The position numbers and the translations under genes were made by a program. This document shows positions 49,514-58,678 of a DNA stretch of 64,000 nt, piece by piece. The stretch's first letter is position 1. Each line of letters opens with the position of its first letter. Source of the stretch: Thiobacillus sp. (lineage in GTDB: Bacteria; Pseudomonadota; Gammaproteobacteria; Burkholderiales; Thiobacillaceae); assembly GCA_024709165.1 (NCBI GenBank), contig JANJXF010000027.1, positions 2,718 to 66,717 on the forward strand. Direction: 5' to 3'. The notes under the pieces were generated by a model. That model was given only the letters and a program-made list of their open reading frames with translations, did not search any database and was not told where the DNA came from.

Positions 49514-49867
49514 TCAGGCTGCGCCCTTTCTGATCTGCGTGATTTTTTCCAGGTAGGTGGCGCCCCAGCCCTGCAGGGTGCGCAACACGGGTTCCAGCGT
49601 CCAGCCAAAATCGGTCAGCGAGTATTCGACCCGCGGCGGCACTTCCGCATGTACCTTGCGCGCGACGATGCCGTCGGCTTCGAGTTCGCGCAACTGACGG
49701 GTGAGCATGCGCTGCGTGACAGCCGGCATCCGCCGCATCAATTCGTTGAAACGGCGGGTTCCGCCCAGGAGATGGAAGAGGATCACCCCTTTCCATTTGC
49801 CACCGATCACTTCGACACAGGCTTCCATAGGGCAGCCGAAATCACAGTCGTAACGCTGATGCCGCAT
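49514..49867 (-). CDS. HxlR/DUF24-family regulator
   Basis: GCPME..IGGKWK, MLTRQLRELE and VPPRVEYSLT motifs. Confidence 0.92.
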   Translation of the reverse strand: MRHQRYDCDFGCPMEACVEVIGGKWKGVILFHLLGGTRRFNELMRRMPAVTQRMLTRQLRELEADGIVARKVHAEVPPRVEYSLTDFGWTLEPVLRTLQGWGATYLEKITQIRKGAA

Positions 49868-49986
49868 GGGCTCTCTCCGGTATACAAAATGTCTCTATCC
49901 GACACGCGTGTGCATTCTTACATCGTTCGGTGCGCTTCGATATGATGGCCGTCGGGCTTATCGACAAACCACGCTGGAGGAGTTCA

Positions 49987-50595
49987 ATGGACATCATCGA
50001 GGCAATCGAAACGCGGAGATCCGTGAAGGCTTTCGATCCCCGGCATCGAATCTCCGACGAAGAGACCGACCGGTTGATGTCGCTCGTCCTTCTTTCGCCC
50101 ACGGCTTTCAATATCCAGCATTGGCGTTTCGTGCTCGTGCGCGATCCGGCGGTGCGCGAAGCGATTCGCGAGGTTTCGTGGATGCAGCCGCAGGTGACGG
50201 ATGCATCGTTGCTGGTAGTGGTGTGTGCCGACGTGCGCGCCTGGGAGAAGGCCCCGGAACGTTACTGGCGCAATGCGCCGGAGGACGTCCGGGAGGGCGT
50301 CGTCGCGGCCATCGGTGAATACTACGGGAATCGGCCGCAGGTACAGCGGGACGAAGCGATGCGTTCCTGCGGGATCGCCGCGCAGACGCTGATGCTGGCG
50401 GCGAAAGGAATGGGCTATGACTCCTGTCCGATGGATCTCTCCGACTTCGATGCCGTGGCGCGGCTGATCGGTCTGCCCGAAGGCCATGTGATCGCGCTGT
50501 TCGTCGCCGTTGGCAAAGGAATACGCGATCCCTGGCCGCGCGGTGGGCAGCTTGCCCAGGATGAAACGGTGTTCGTCGACCGCTTCCCGGACTGA
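49987..50595 (+). CDS. Nitroreductase family protein
   Basis: RRSVKAF, SPTAFNIQHW and GYDSCPM motifs. Confidence 0.9.
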   Translation: MDIIEAIETRRSVKAFDPRHRISDEETDRLMSLVLLSPTAFNIQHWRFVLVRDPAVREAIREVSWMQPQVTDASLLVVVCADVRAWEKAPERYWRNAPEDVREGVVAAIGEYYGNRPQVQRDEAMRSCGIAAQTLMLAAKGMGYDSCPMDLSDFDAVARLIGLPEGHVIALFVAVGKGIRDPWPRGGQLAQDETVFVDRFPD

Positions 50596-50601
50596 TGGAG
50601 G

Positions 50602-51711
50602 TCACGTGCCGGCCGACTGCGCGCCGCCCTGACGCTTGGCGGCGTACAGCGCCTCATCCGCCGCGCGCAGCAGGTCCTCCGGCGCAGCCATGTCGTTGCC
50701 CGCTTCGGCGACGCCGATGCTGAGCGAACCGTTCCAGCATTCTGTGCCATCTTCCATGTAGAACGGGGCACGCGAGGCGAGGATCTTGTTCGCGACCTGC
50801 GCCGCGCCGTCGCGCGGGCTGCGCGGACAGATGACGAGAAATTCGTCGCCGCCGAGCCGGCACACGATGTCGCTGGTGCGTACAGCGTCCTGCAGGCGGG
50901 TCGCCAGTTCGCGCAGCAGCGCATCGCCGCTTGCATGGCCGAAGGTGTCGTTCACCGCCTTGAAACGGTCGGCGTCGAGCATCAGCACCGACAGCGGGGT
51001 GCCACCGCGCCGCGCTTCGCGCCACAGTTCGTCGAGCGCGGAGATCGCGAAACGGCGATTCGGCAGACCGGTGAGATCGTCGCGGATGGACAGGACGTGG
51101 AGCTGCTGATTGGCGCGTTCCAGCTCGGCGGTCCGCTGCCGGACGCGTTCGTCGAGCTCGCGGTTGAGTGCGCGCAGTGCGCGGTTGCGTTCGGAAATGA
51201 TCTGGAACAGCCCGCTCAGCGCGGCGAGCAGCGGTTCGGTCCTGGCCTGCATGTGGCTGACGTCGTCCTCGTACGCCGCTGCGGGCGTCTGCCCACTTTC
51301 GATCGCCCGCATTTGCCGGGCCATCCCCTGGTCGACGCCGAGGATGTGATACGCGAGCCAGTTCAGCAGAAAGTCGACCAGCTCGCGGGCACGGTCGGCG
51401 GTCATGTCCTGGCCGCTTTCACCCAGCACCAGTGCCTCGTGAGTGAAGGCGCGGTGCGCCGCGTGGTGCCGTTCGAGGTGGCGCCGATCGAGGCCCGCCT
51501 GCTCCATGAGCGCCTCCTCCTCGCTGAAGTGGGTGCCGACATAGTCGAGCAGCGTGTCGCGTGCGAAAGCAAAGGCGCTCGCATCGACGGTATCGCTGGA
51601 CGTGACCAGTTCGCCGAGATCGTTGATGAGTTCCACCAGCCGTTGGTGCTGGTGGTCGATTGCGGGCAGTCCGGTAAGAAATGTCTCGTTCCAGTCGAAC
51701 AGCGTGGACAT
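50602..51711 (-). CDS. Bacteriohemerythrin-domain diguanylate cyclase
   Basis: IDHQH, HFSEEE, HHAAH and HILGVD iron ligands; DDLTGLPNRR, RTSD I-site, GGDEF. Confidence 0.92.
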   Translation of the reverse strand: MSTLFDWNETFLTGLPAIDHQHQRLVELINDLGELVTSSDTVDASAFAFARDTLLDYVGTHFSEEEALMEQAGLDRRHLERHHAAHRAFTHEALVLGESGQDMTADRARELVDFLLNWLAYHILGVDQGMARQMRAIESGQTPAAAYEDDVSHMQARTEPLLAALSGLFQIISERNRALRALNRELDERVRQRTAELERANQQLHVLSIRDDLTGLPNRRFAISALDELWREARRGGTPLSVLMLDADRFKAVNDTFGHASGDALLRELATRLQDAVRTSDIVCRLGGDEFLVICPRSPRDGAAQVANKILASRAPFYMEDGTECWNGSLSIGVAEAGNDMAAPEDLLRAADEALYAAKRQGGAQSAGT

Positions 51712-51834
51712 GATCAAGGGCGTGGAGGGAGGGACGTGCGAAAATTATCCTCCAACAAGCGGCGCGGGGGGAGTCTGTCTGTCTGAGCCGAATCGGCGGC
51801 GGCGAAAAGCCTGCAGCGAAAGATGGAGAGGAAC

Positions 51835-53094
51835 ATGAGCCCTGTCGTTGTTATCGGTGGCGGTCCAGCCGGTCTGATGGCCGCCGAGGTGCTCGCGCAG
51901 GGCGGGGTGCAGGTGGACCTTTACGATGCCATGCCCTCGGTCGGACGCAAGTTCCTGCTGGCAGGCGTCGGTGGGATGAATATCACCCATGCCGAGCCGT
52001 TCGAGATTTTTTCCGCGCGCTACGGCAGCCGTGCCACCGAGATGCGCCCCTTGCTCGAAGCCCTGTCCCCGTCGGCGCTGCGCGAGTGGATCCATGATCT
52101 TGGCATCGACACCTTCGTCGGATCGTCGGGACGCGTGTTTCCCACCGGAATGAAAGCGGCACCACTGTTGCGCGCCTGGTTGCATCGATTACGCATGACG
52201 GGGGTGCGTATCCATGTGCGGCATCGCTGGGCGGGGTGGGACGAAACCGGGGCGTTGCGCTTCGCCACGCCCACGGGCGAGTGCGTGGTTCGTGCCGACG
52301 CGACGGTGCTGGCGCTGGGTGGTGCGAGCTGGCCGAAACTCGGCTCGGATGGCGCCTGGGTGCCGTGGCTTGCGGCGCGAGCTGTCGAGGTTGCACCGTT
52401 GCAGCCTTCGAACTGCGGCTTCGATGTGGCAGGCGGGTGGAGCGACCATCTTCGCACAGCGTTCGCGGGACAGCCGCTGAAGACGGTGGGGCTGCGCTTT
52501 ACCGATGCAGCGGGGGCAATACGCGAGCGCCGCGGGGAGCTGATGCTGTCGGATACCGGCATCGAGGGCGCTCTGGTCTACGCGTTGTCGGCGCCGCTGC
52601 GTGAGGCAATCGCGGCACGCGGCGCGGTGACCGTCGAGATCGACCTCCTGCCGGATCGCACGCCGGCGCGGGTGCTGGCCGAGGTATCGCACCCGCGCGG
52701 CGCGCGCTCGTTGTCGAGCCATCTCCAGAGCCGCACCGGCATCAAGGGCGCGAAAATGGCGCTGTTGCGCGAGGTCCTGACGCAGGAGGAAATGAAGACG
52801 CCGGCGACGCTCGCGCGCGCGATAAAATCGCTGCCGCTCACCCTGGCCGCACCGCGCCCGATTGCGGAAGCGATCAGCAGTGCCGGCGGCGTGTGTTTTG
52901 AGGCGCTCGACGCGAACCTGATGCTGCGCGCGCTGCCTGGCGTGTTCTGTGCCGGGGAAATGCTCGACTGGGAAGCGCCGACCGGCGGATACCTGTTGAC
53001 AGCCTGCTTCGCGAGCGGGCGTGCTGCAGGGCAAGGCGTATTGGATTACTTGCGGGCGCGCTCATTTGAATCGATACACACATGCTGCGACTGA
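51835..53094 (+). CDS. HI0933/BaiN-like flavoprotein
   Basis: GGGPAG, GRKFLLAG, ALGGASWP and GEMLDWEAPTGGY motifs. Confidence 0.88.
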   Translation: MSPVVVIGGGPAGLMAAEVLAQGGVQVDLYDAMPSVGRKFLLAGVGGMNITHAEPFEIFSARYGSRATEMRPLLEALSPSALREWIHDLGIDTFVGSSGRVFPTGMKAAPLLRAWLHRLRMTGVRIHVRHRWAGWDETGALRFATPTGECVVRADATVLALGGASWPKLGSDGAWVPWLAARAVEVAPLQPSNCGFDVAGGWSDHLRTAFAGQPLKTVGLRFTDAAGAIRERRGELMLSDTGIEGALVYALSAPLREAIAARGAVTVEIDLLPDRTPARVLAEVSHPRGARSLSSHLQSRTGIKGAKMALLREVLTQEEMKTPATLARAIKSLPLTLAAPRPIAEAISSAGGVCFEALDANLMLRALPGVFCAGEMLDWEAPTGGYLLTACFASGRAAGQGVLDYLRARSFESIHTCCD

Positions 53095-54731
53095 CTGAAA
53101 TCAAACTGCCGCTCGATCATCCGCCCGACGCCCTGCGCGCGGCGATCCTGAAACGCCTGGGCGTTGCCGATGAGGATCTGCTCGATGTCCATATCTTCAA
53201 GCGCGCCTACGATGCGCGCAAGAAGCACGCGCTTTTGCTGGTCTACTCGGTCGACATCAGGGTGAAGGAGGAGGCGGCGTTATTGAAGAAATTCCGCAAC
53301 GATCCACACGTAAAGCCGTCGCCTGACATGGCTTATCAGTTCGTCGGCCGGGCGCCGGCGCAGCTGGCGGAACGCCCCGTCATCGTCGGCTTCGGTCCGT
53401 GCGGCATCTTCGCCGCGCTGGTGCTGGCACAGATGGGTTTCAAGCCCATCGTGCTGGAACGCGGCAAGTCGGTGCGCGAGCGCACGCAGGACACCTGGGG
53501 GCTGTGGCGCAAAAAGGTGCTCAACCCCGAATCCAACGTGCAATTCGGCGAAGGCGGCGCGGGCACCTTCTCCGACGGTAAGCTCTACAGCCAGATCAAG
53601 GATCCGCGTCATCTCGGGCGGAAGGTGCTGACCGAGTTCGTCAAGGCGGGTGCGCCAGACGAGATCCTGTATGTGTCGAAGCCGCACATTGGCACCTTCC
53701 GCCTGGTGACGATGGTGGAAAACATCCGTCACGAAATCGAGCGGCTGGGTGGCGAGATTCGCTTCCAGCAGCGCGTTGCCGACGTGCTGATCGAGGACGC
53801 TCGCATCGCCGGCGTGGTGCTCGCAGGCGGTGAGCTGGTGAAGAGCCGTCACGTCGTGCTGGCGCTCGGCCACAGCGCGCGCGATACCTTCGAAATGTTG
53901 CACGCGCGCGGCGTGAGACTGGAGGCGAAGCCCTTCTCCGTCGGCTTTCGCATCGAGCATCCCCAGTCGCTGATCGATGCGGCGCGGCTGGGGACGAACG
54001 CCGGCAACCCGATGCTCGGCGCGGCCGACTACAAGCTGGTGCACCACGCGAAGAACGGCCGCGCGGTCTACAGCTTCTGCATGTGCCCCGGCGGCACGGT
54101 GGTCGCGGCGACATCCGAGACGGGATGCGTGGTGACCAATGGCATGAGCCAGTATTCGCGCAACGAACGCAACGCCAACGCGGGCATCGTCGTCGGCATC
54201 ATGCCGGAGGACTTTCCCGGCGACGATCCGCTTGCCGGAATGCGGCTGCAGCGCGAACTCGAGGCACGTGCGTTCGACCTGGGTGGCGGCGACTACCGCG
54301 CGCCGGCGCAGCTCGTCGGCGATTTCCTGGACGGCAGACCCTCGCAGGCACTCGGCAGCGTCGAGCCGTCGTACCAGCCCGGCGTGCGCCTGACCGATCT
54401 CGTCACGGCCCTGCCCGGGTATGCGATCGAGGCGATTCGCGAGGCGCTGCCCGTGTTCGACCGGCAGATCAGAGGCTTCGCGATGCAGGATGCGGTGCTG
54501 ACCGGCGTCGAGACGCGCACCTCGTCGCCGGTGCGGATCACCCGTGGCGACGATTTCCAGAGCGTGAACGTCGGGGGGCTGTACCCGGCGGGCGAGGGGG
54601 CGGGGTACGCCGGCGGCATCCTGTCGGCCGCGGTCGACGGCATCAGGGTCGCCGAGGCGGTGGCACGCGACATGCTGGGCCTGGAGGCTGCGCAGTCGGG
54701 CGCGCGCGCCGGGCCGGGCTGCGACTACTGA
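53082..54731 (+). CDS. FAD-dependent oxidoreductase of unknown substrate
   Basis: VGFGPCG, FGEGGAGTFSDGK, SFCMCPGG and GEGAGYAGGI motifs. Confidence 0.88.
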   Translation: MLRLTEIKLPLDHPPDALRAAILKRLGVADEDLLDVHIFKRAYDARKKHALLLVYSVDIRVKEEAALLKKFRNDPHVKPSPDMAYQFVGRAPAQLAERPVIVGFGPCGIFAALVLAQMGFKPIVLERGKSVRERTQDTWGLWRKKVLNPESNVQFGEGGAGTFSDGKLYSQIKDPRHLGRKVLTEFVKAGAPDEILYVSKPHIGTFRLVTMVENIRHEIERLGGEIRFQQRVADVLIEDARIAGVVLAGGELVKSRHVVLALGHSARDTFEMLHARGVRLEAKPFSVGFRIEHPQSLIDAARLGTNAGNPMLGAADYKLVHHAKNGRAVYSFCMCPGGTVVAATSETGCVVTNGMSQYSRNERNANAGIVVGIMPEDFPGDDPLAGMRLQRELEARAFDLGGGDYRAPAQLVGDFLDGRPSQALGSVEPSYQPGVRLTDLVTALPGYAIEAIREALPVFDRQIRGFAMQDAVLTGVETRTSSPVRITRGDDFQSVNVGGLYPAGEGAGYAGGILSAAVDGIRVAEAVARDMLGLEAAQSGARAGPGCDY

Positions 54732-54807
54732 CCGTCGCTTCGGATACCGGGTTGGCGGGCCGTCATGAAAATTTCACATGAAAATTTCTTCATTTGTTTT
54801 CCGCTTT

Positions 54808-54831
54808 ATATTTCGATACTATTTGAAATAT
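54808..54831. promoter_or_regulatory. Putative ArsR operator
   Basis: Inverted repeat ATATTTC-N10-GAAATAT abutting the arsR ATG. Confidence 0.6.
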
Positions 54832-55177
54832 GGAAACAAAAACCGCCGTTACCGCCCTTGCTGCGCTCGCCCAGGATTCCCGTCTGGCGATCTTCCGCAC
54901 CCTGGTCCAGGCCGGTCCTGCCGGGCTCGCCGCCGGGAAGGTCGGCGAGCTGACCGGCATTGCGCCGTCCTCGCTGTCGTTCCACCTGAAGGAGCTGGCG
55001 CACGCCGGCATGGTCGATGCGAGGCAGGTGGGGCGCTTCGTCATCTACACCGCAAATTTCGAAACCATGAACGCGCTGCTCGGTTTTCTCACCGAAAACT
55101 GCTGCGGCGGCAATCCCTGCTCGCCGGTGTGCTCGCCGGCGTGCGAATCCGAAGTCACCGAAAAGGAACCCTCGTGA
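54830..55177 (+). CDS. arsR: ArsR-family As(III)-responsive repressor
   Basis: LAALAQDSRLAIFR, SSLSFHLKEL and C-terminal ENCCGGNPC. Confidence 0.92.
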   Translation: METKTAVTALAALAQDSRLAIFRTLVQAGPAGLAAGKVGELTGIAPSSLSFHLKELAHAGMVDARQVGRFVIYTANFETMNALLGFLTENCCGGNPCSPVCSPACESEVTEKEPS

Positions 55178-55608
55178 CTCGCCCCTACACCGTGCTGGTG
55201 CTATGCACCGGCAACTCGTGCCGCTCGCAGATGGCCGAAGTGCTGCTCAACCACGAGCTCGCCGGCCAGGTGCGCGCACTGTCCGCCGGTACCCACCCCC
55301 AGCCCAGGGTCGCCGACGGCGCGGTCGCGGCGCTGAAAGCAGCCGGGCTCACCACCGACGGCCTGTACCCCAAGGACATCGACGCGGTGATGAACGAGGA
55401 CATCGATCTCGTCGTGACCGTGTGCGACAACGCCAGGGAGGCCTGCCCGGTGTTCCCGAAGCCGATCCCGGCGATCCACCTGCCGTTCCACGACCCGCAC
55501 GGCGAGCCGATCGAGAGCTTTCTCGCGGTGCGCGACGACATCCGCACGCGTCTCGTCGCCGCCGTGTGCGAGAGGCTCGGCCTCAGGGCGGTCGCCGGAT
55601 CAAAATGA
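55174..55608 (+). CDS. arsC: Arsenate reductase, LMW-PTPase (thioredoxin-coupled) type
   Basis: CTGNSCRS P-loop; VTVCD..REACP; FHDP; GTG start overlaps the arsR stop. Confidence 0.9.
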   Translation: MTRPYTVLVLCTGNSCRSQMAEVLLNHELAGQVRALSAGTHPQPRVADGAVAALKAAGLTTDGLYPKDIDAVMNEDIDLVVTVCDNAREACPVFPKPIPAIHLPFHDPHGEPIESFLAVRDDIRTRLVAAVCERLGLRAVAGSK

Positions 55609-55617
55609 GGTGAAGCG

Positions 55618-56697
55618 ATGAGCGCACAGTGTGAAGCGACCGCCAGGATTGCTGTCGGCGTGCCGATGAGCGTGTTCGAGCGTGGCCTCACCCTGTGGGT
55701 GGCGCTGTGCATCGTCGCCGGCGTGGTCCTCGGGCAGGTGTTCCCGGCGCCGTTCCAGGCGCTCGGGCGCATGGAAGTCGCGCAGGTCAACCTCCCCGTC
55801 GGCCTCCTGATCTGGGTCATGATCATCCCCATGCTGATGAAGATCGATTTCGGTGCGCTACACCAGGTGAAATCGCATTGGCGCGGCATCGGCGTCACGC
55901 TCATCGTCAACTGGGCGGTCAAGCCGTTCTCGATGGCGCTGCTGGCGTGGCTCTTCATCCGTCATCTCTTTGCGTCGTATCTGCCGGCGGAGCAGCTCGA
56001 CAGCTACGTCGCCGGGCTGATCCTGCTGGCCGCCGCGCCGTGCACCGCGATGGTGTTCGTGTGGAGCCGCCTCGCCGGAGGCGACCCGTACTTCACGCTG
56101 TCGCAGGTGGCGTTGAACGACACCATCATGATCTTCGCCTTCGCGCCCATCGTCGGCCTGCTGCTCGGGTTGTCGGCGATCGTCGTGCCGTGGGACACGC
56201 TGTTCACCTCCGTGGTGCTGTACATCGTCATCCCGATGATCCTCGCGCAGGTGTGGCGCAAGACTCTGCTCAGGCGCGGGCAGGCGGCGTTCGACGCGGT
56301 GATGGCGCAATTCGGCCACGTCTCGATCCTGGCGCTGCTGGCGACGCTGGTGCTGCTGTTCGCCTTCCAGGGCGAGCAGATCCTCGTGCAGCCGCTGGTC
56401 ATCGCGCTGCTCGCGATGCCGATCCTGATCCAGGTGTTCTTCAACTCGGGGCTGGCGTACTGGCTCAACAGGAAAGTGGGCGAGAAGCACAGCATCGCCG
56501 GCCCCTCCGCCTTGATCGGCGCGTCCAACTTCTTCGAGCTGGCGGTGGCTGCGGCGATCGCGCTGTTCGGCTTCCGGTCGGGCGCAGCCCTCGCCACCGT
56601 GGTCGGCGTGCTGATCGAGGTGCCGGTGATGCTGGGGGTGGTGAAGATCGTCAATCGAAGCAAGGGGTGGTACGAAGCCGACCAGCCCACCGGATAA
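55618..56697 (+). CDS. acr3: ACR3-family arsenite efflux permease
   Basis: AAPCTAMVFVW, GASNFFELAVA and GVLIEVPVM motifs. Confidence 0.95.
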   Translation: MSAQCEATARIAVGVPMSVFERGLTLWVALCIVAGVVLGQVFPAPFQALGRMEVAQVNLPVGLLIWVMIIPMLMKIDFGALHQVKSHWRGIGVTLIVNWAVKPFSMALLAWLFIRHLFASYLPAEQLDSYVAGLILLAAAPCTAMVFVWSRLAGGDPYFTLSQVALNDTIMIFAFAPIVGLLLGLSAIVVPWDTLFTSVVLYIVIPMILAQVWRKTLLRRGQAAFDAVMAQFGHVSILALLATLVLLFAFQGEQILVQPLVIALLAMPILIQVFFNSGLAYWLNRKVGEKHSIAGPSALIGASNFFELAVAAAIALFGFRSGAALATVVGVLIEVPVMLGVVKIVNRSKGWYEADQPTG

Positions 56698-56706
56698 GGA
56701 AAGAAT

Positions 56707-57633
56707 ATGTTGAAACGATGCGCATTGATTCTGATTGCCGCCGTGGTGGCGCTGCCCGCGCGCGCCGATTACCAGCCCAAGGCCGAAAAAGTTGTCGACA
56801 ACGTCTACGCCATCGTCGGCCCGCTCGGCCAGCGCAGCGCAGAGAACGACGGCCTCAACGCCAACTACGGCTTCATCGTGACGCCGAAAGGCGTGATCCT
56901 GATCGACTCCGGCGCCAGCCTCGCCGGTGCGCGGAAGATCGAGGCAGTCATTGCCAGCGTGACGAAGCAGCCGGTGCGCTGGGTGATCAACACCGGCAGC
57001 CAGGATCACCGCTGGCTCGGCAACGATCATTTTGCGCGCCGTGGCGTCGAGGTCATCGCCCTCGCTCGTACCGCAGCAACGCAGGCGGAAATGGGCATGC
57101 AGCAGTTGGAGAATCTCGCACGCTTTCTTGGCGAACGCCTGCAAGGGACGCGCCCGCTGCCCGCGGCGAAGACGTTCGCCGGCGACACGGCGACGCTGGA
57201 GTTGGGCGGAGAAACGCTGGTGCTGGCCTACACCGACGCCCACTATCCGGGCGACGCGTGGGTGTGGCTGCCGGAGCGCCGTATCGTGTTCAGCGGCGAT
57301 CTCGTCTATGTCGACCGCCTGCTCGGCGTGCTGCCACGCTCGAGCGTGAAGAACGGCCAGCGTGCCTTCCTCGCTATGGCGGCCCTGCAGCCCGCGCGCA
57401 TCGTGCCGGGCCACGGCCGCGTGTGCGCTCTCGCGCAGGCGCAGCGTGAGAGCGGCGACTATTACGACTTTCTCGTCGACATGATCGGCGCGGCCGCCCG
57501 CGAGATGGTGCCGATGAGCGAGACGCTCGACCGTCATGCCGACTTGCCGGCGTTCAGCTATCTCGAGAACTACGCCGAGTTGCACCGGGCCAACATGAAC
57601 CGCGCATTTACCGAATTTGAATCGCAACATTAA
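56707..57633 (+). CDS. Exported MBL-fold metallo-hydrolase, SoxH-like
   Basis: Signal peptide; LIDSG, INTGSQDHRWLGN, AHYPGD, FSGD and VPGHG motifs. Confidence 0.8.
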   Translation: MLKRCALILIAAVVALPARADYQPKAEKVVDNVYAIVGPLGQRSAENDGLNANYGFIVTPKGVILIDSGASLAGARKIEAVIASVTKQPVRWVINTGSQDHRWLGNDHFARRGVEVIALARTAATQAEMGMQQLENLARFLGERLQGTRPLPAAKTFAGDTATLELGGETLVLAYTDAHYPGDAWVWLPERRIVFSGDLVYVDRLLGVLPRSSVKNGQRAFLAMAALQPARIVPGHGRVCALAQAQRESGDYYDFLVDMIGAAAREMVPMSETLDRHADLPAFSYLENYAELHRANMNRAFTEFESQH

Positions 57634-57643
57634 GGAGACTCTC

Positions 57644-58450
57644 ATGTCTGCCAGACAACATGACCAGATCCGGCAGCAGGTGCGTGCCGCGTACGGTGCC
57701 GTGGCGAGGTCTGAATCCGGCGGATGCTGCGCACCGAGCGCAGGATGCTGCACGCCGTCGGAACAATCGGTTGCCGACCTGGTGTCGCTGGGCCTTGGCT
57801 ACAGCGCGGACGAGACCGCCGCCGTGCCCGAAGGCGCCAATCTCGGCCTGGGTTGTGGCAACCCACAGGCCATCGCGGCGCTGCGACCCGGCGAGACCGT
57901 GCTAGACCTGGGCAGCGGCGCGGGTTTCGACGCCTTCCTCGCCGCGCGCCAGGTGGGGCCGGCGGGCATGGTGATCGGCGTCGACATGACCCCCGACATG
58001 GTGTCCAAGGCACGCGCGAATGCAGCCAAGGGCGGCTACGTGAACGTGGACTTTCGCCTCGGCGAAATCGAGCACCTTCCGGTCGCCGACGCGACGGTCG
58101 ACGTGATCATTTCCAACTGTGTCATCAACCTCTCACCGGACAAGGTGCAGGTGTTCCGCGACGCCTTCCGCGTACTGAAACCGGGCGGCCGGCTGGCGAT
58201 TTCCGACATCGTCATGACCGCCGCGCTGCCACCCGACATGCAGCAGGAGGTCGCGTTCTACACCGCATGTATCGCCGGCGCAGCCAGCGTCGACGAACTC
58301 GCCGCGATGCTCGGAGCGGCCGGCTTCGTCGACATCTGCGTCGCACCCAAGGACGTCAGCCGCGAGTTCATCCGCCATTGGGTTCCGGGACGGGGCGTCG
58401 AGGACTGCATCGCGTCGGCGACAATCGAGGCCGTCAGGCCCACCCGCTGA
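57644..58450 (+). CDS. arsM: Arsenite S-adenosylmethionine methyltransferase
   Basis: [27 protein letters not shown] and TACIAGA motifs. Confidence 0.93.
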   Translation: MSARQHDQIRQQVRAAYGAVARSESGGCCAPSAGCCTPSEQSVADLVSLGLGYSADETAAVPEGANLGLGCGNPQAIAALRPGETVLDLGSGAGFDAFLAARQVGPAGMVIGVDMTPDMVSKARANAAKGGYVNVDFRLGEIEHLPVADATVDVIISNCVINLSPDKVQVFRDAFRVLKPGGRLAISDIVMTAALPPDMQQEVAFYTACIAGAASVDELAAMLGAAGFVDICVAPKDVSREFIRHWVPGRGVEDCIASATIEAVRPTR

Positions 58451-58456
58451 AATGCG

Positions 58457-58597
58457 ATGAAGGGCATCAAGCCGTCGGCAGCGGTTGCGCCAACTGCGCG
58501 GCCACGCATGTTGGCGCCCGGTATCGTGGTCGACGGTCGGGTGGTGCACGCCGGTGACGTACCGGAACGGAGGAAAATCGAGGACAGTCTCGAGTGA
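58457..58597 (+). pseudogene. Decayed small thioredoxin-like (MTH895/ArsE-type) gene
   Basis: MKGIK start; GSGCANC lies in another frame; middle section missing; then PGIVVDGRVVHAGDVPERRKIE-stop region. Confidence 0.7.
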
Positions 58598-58678
58598 AGT
58601 GCCCGGTCGCATGCACGCGCTGCGCACCGGCAGCACGCCGACTATGATAAAAAGGCGAATTATTCTCAGGAGATCGCC

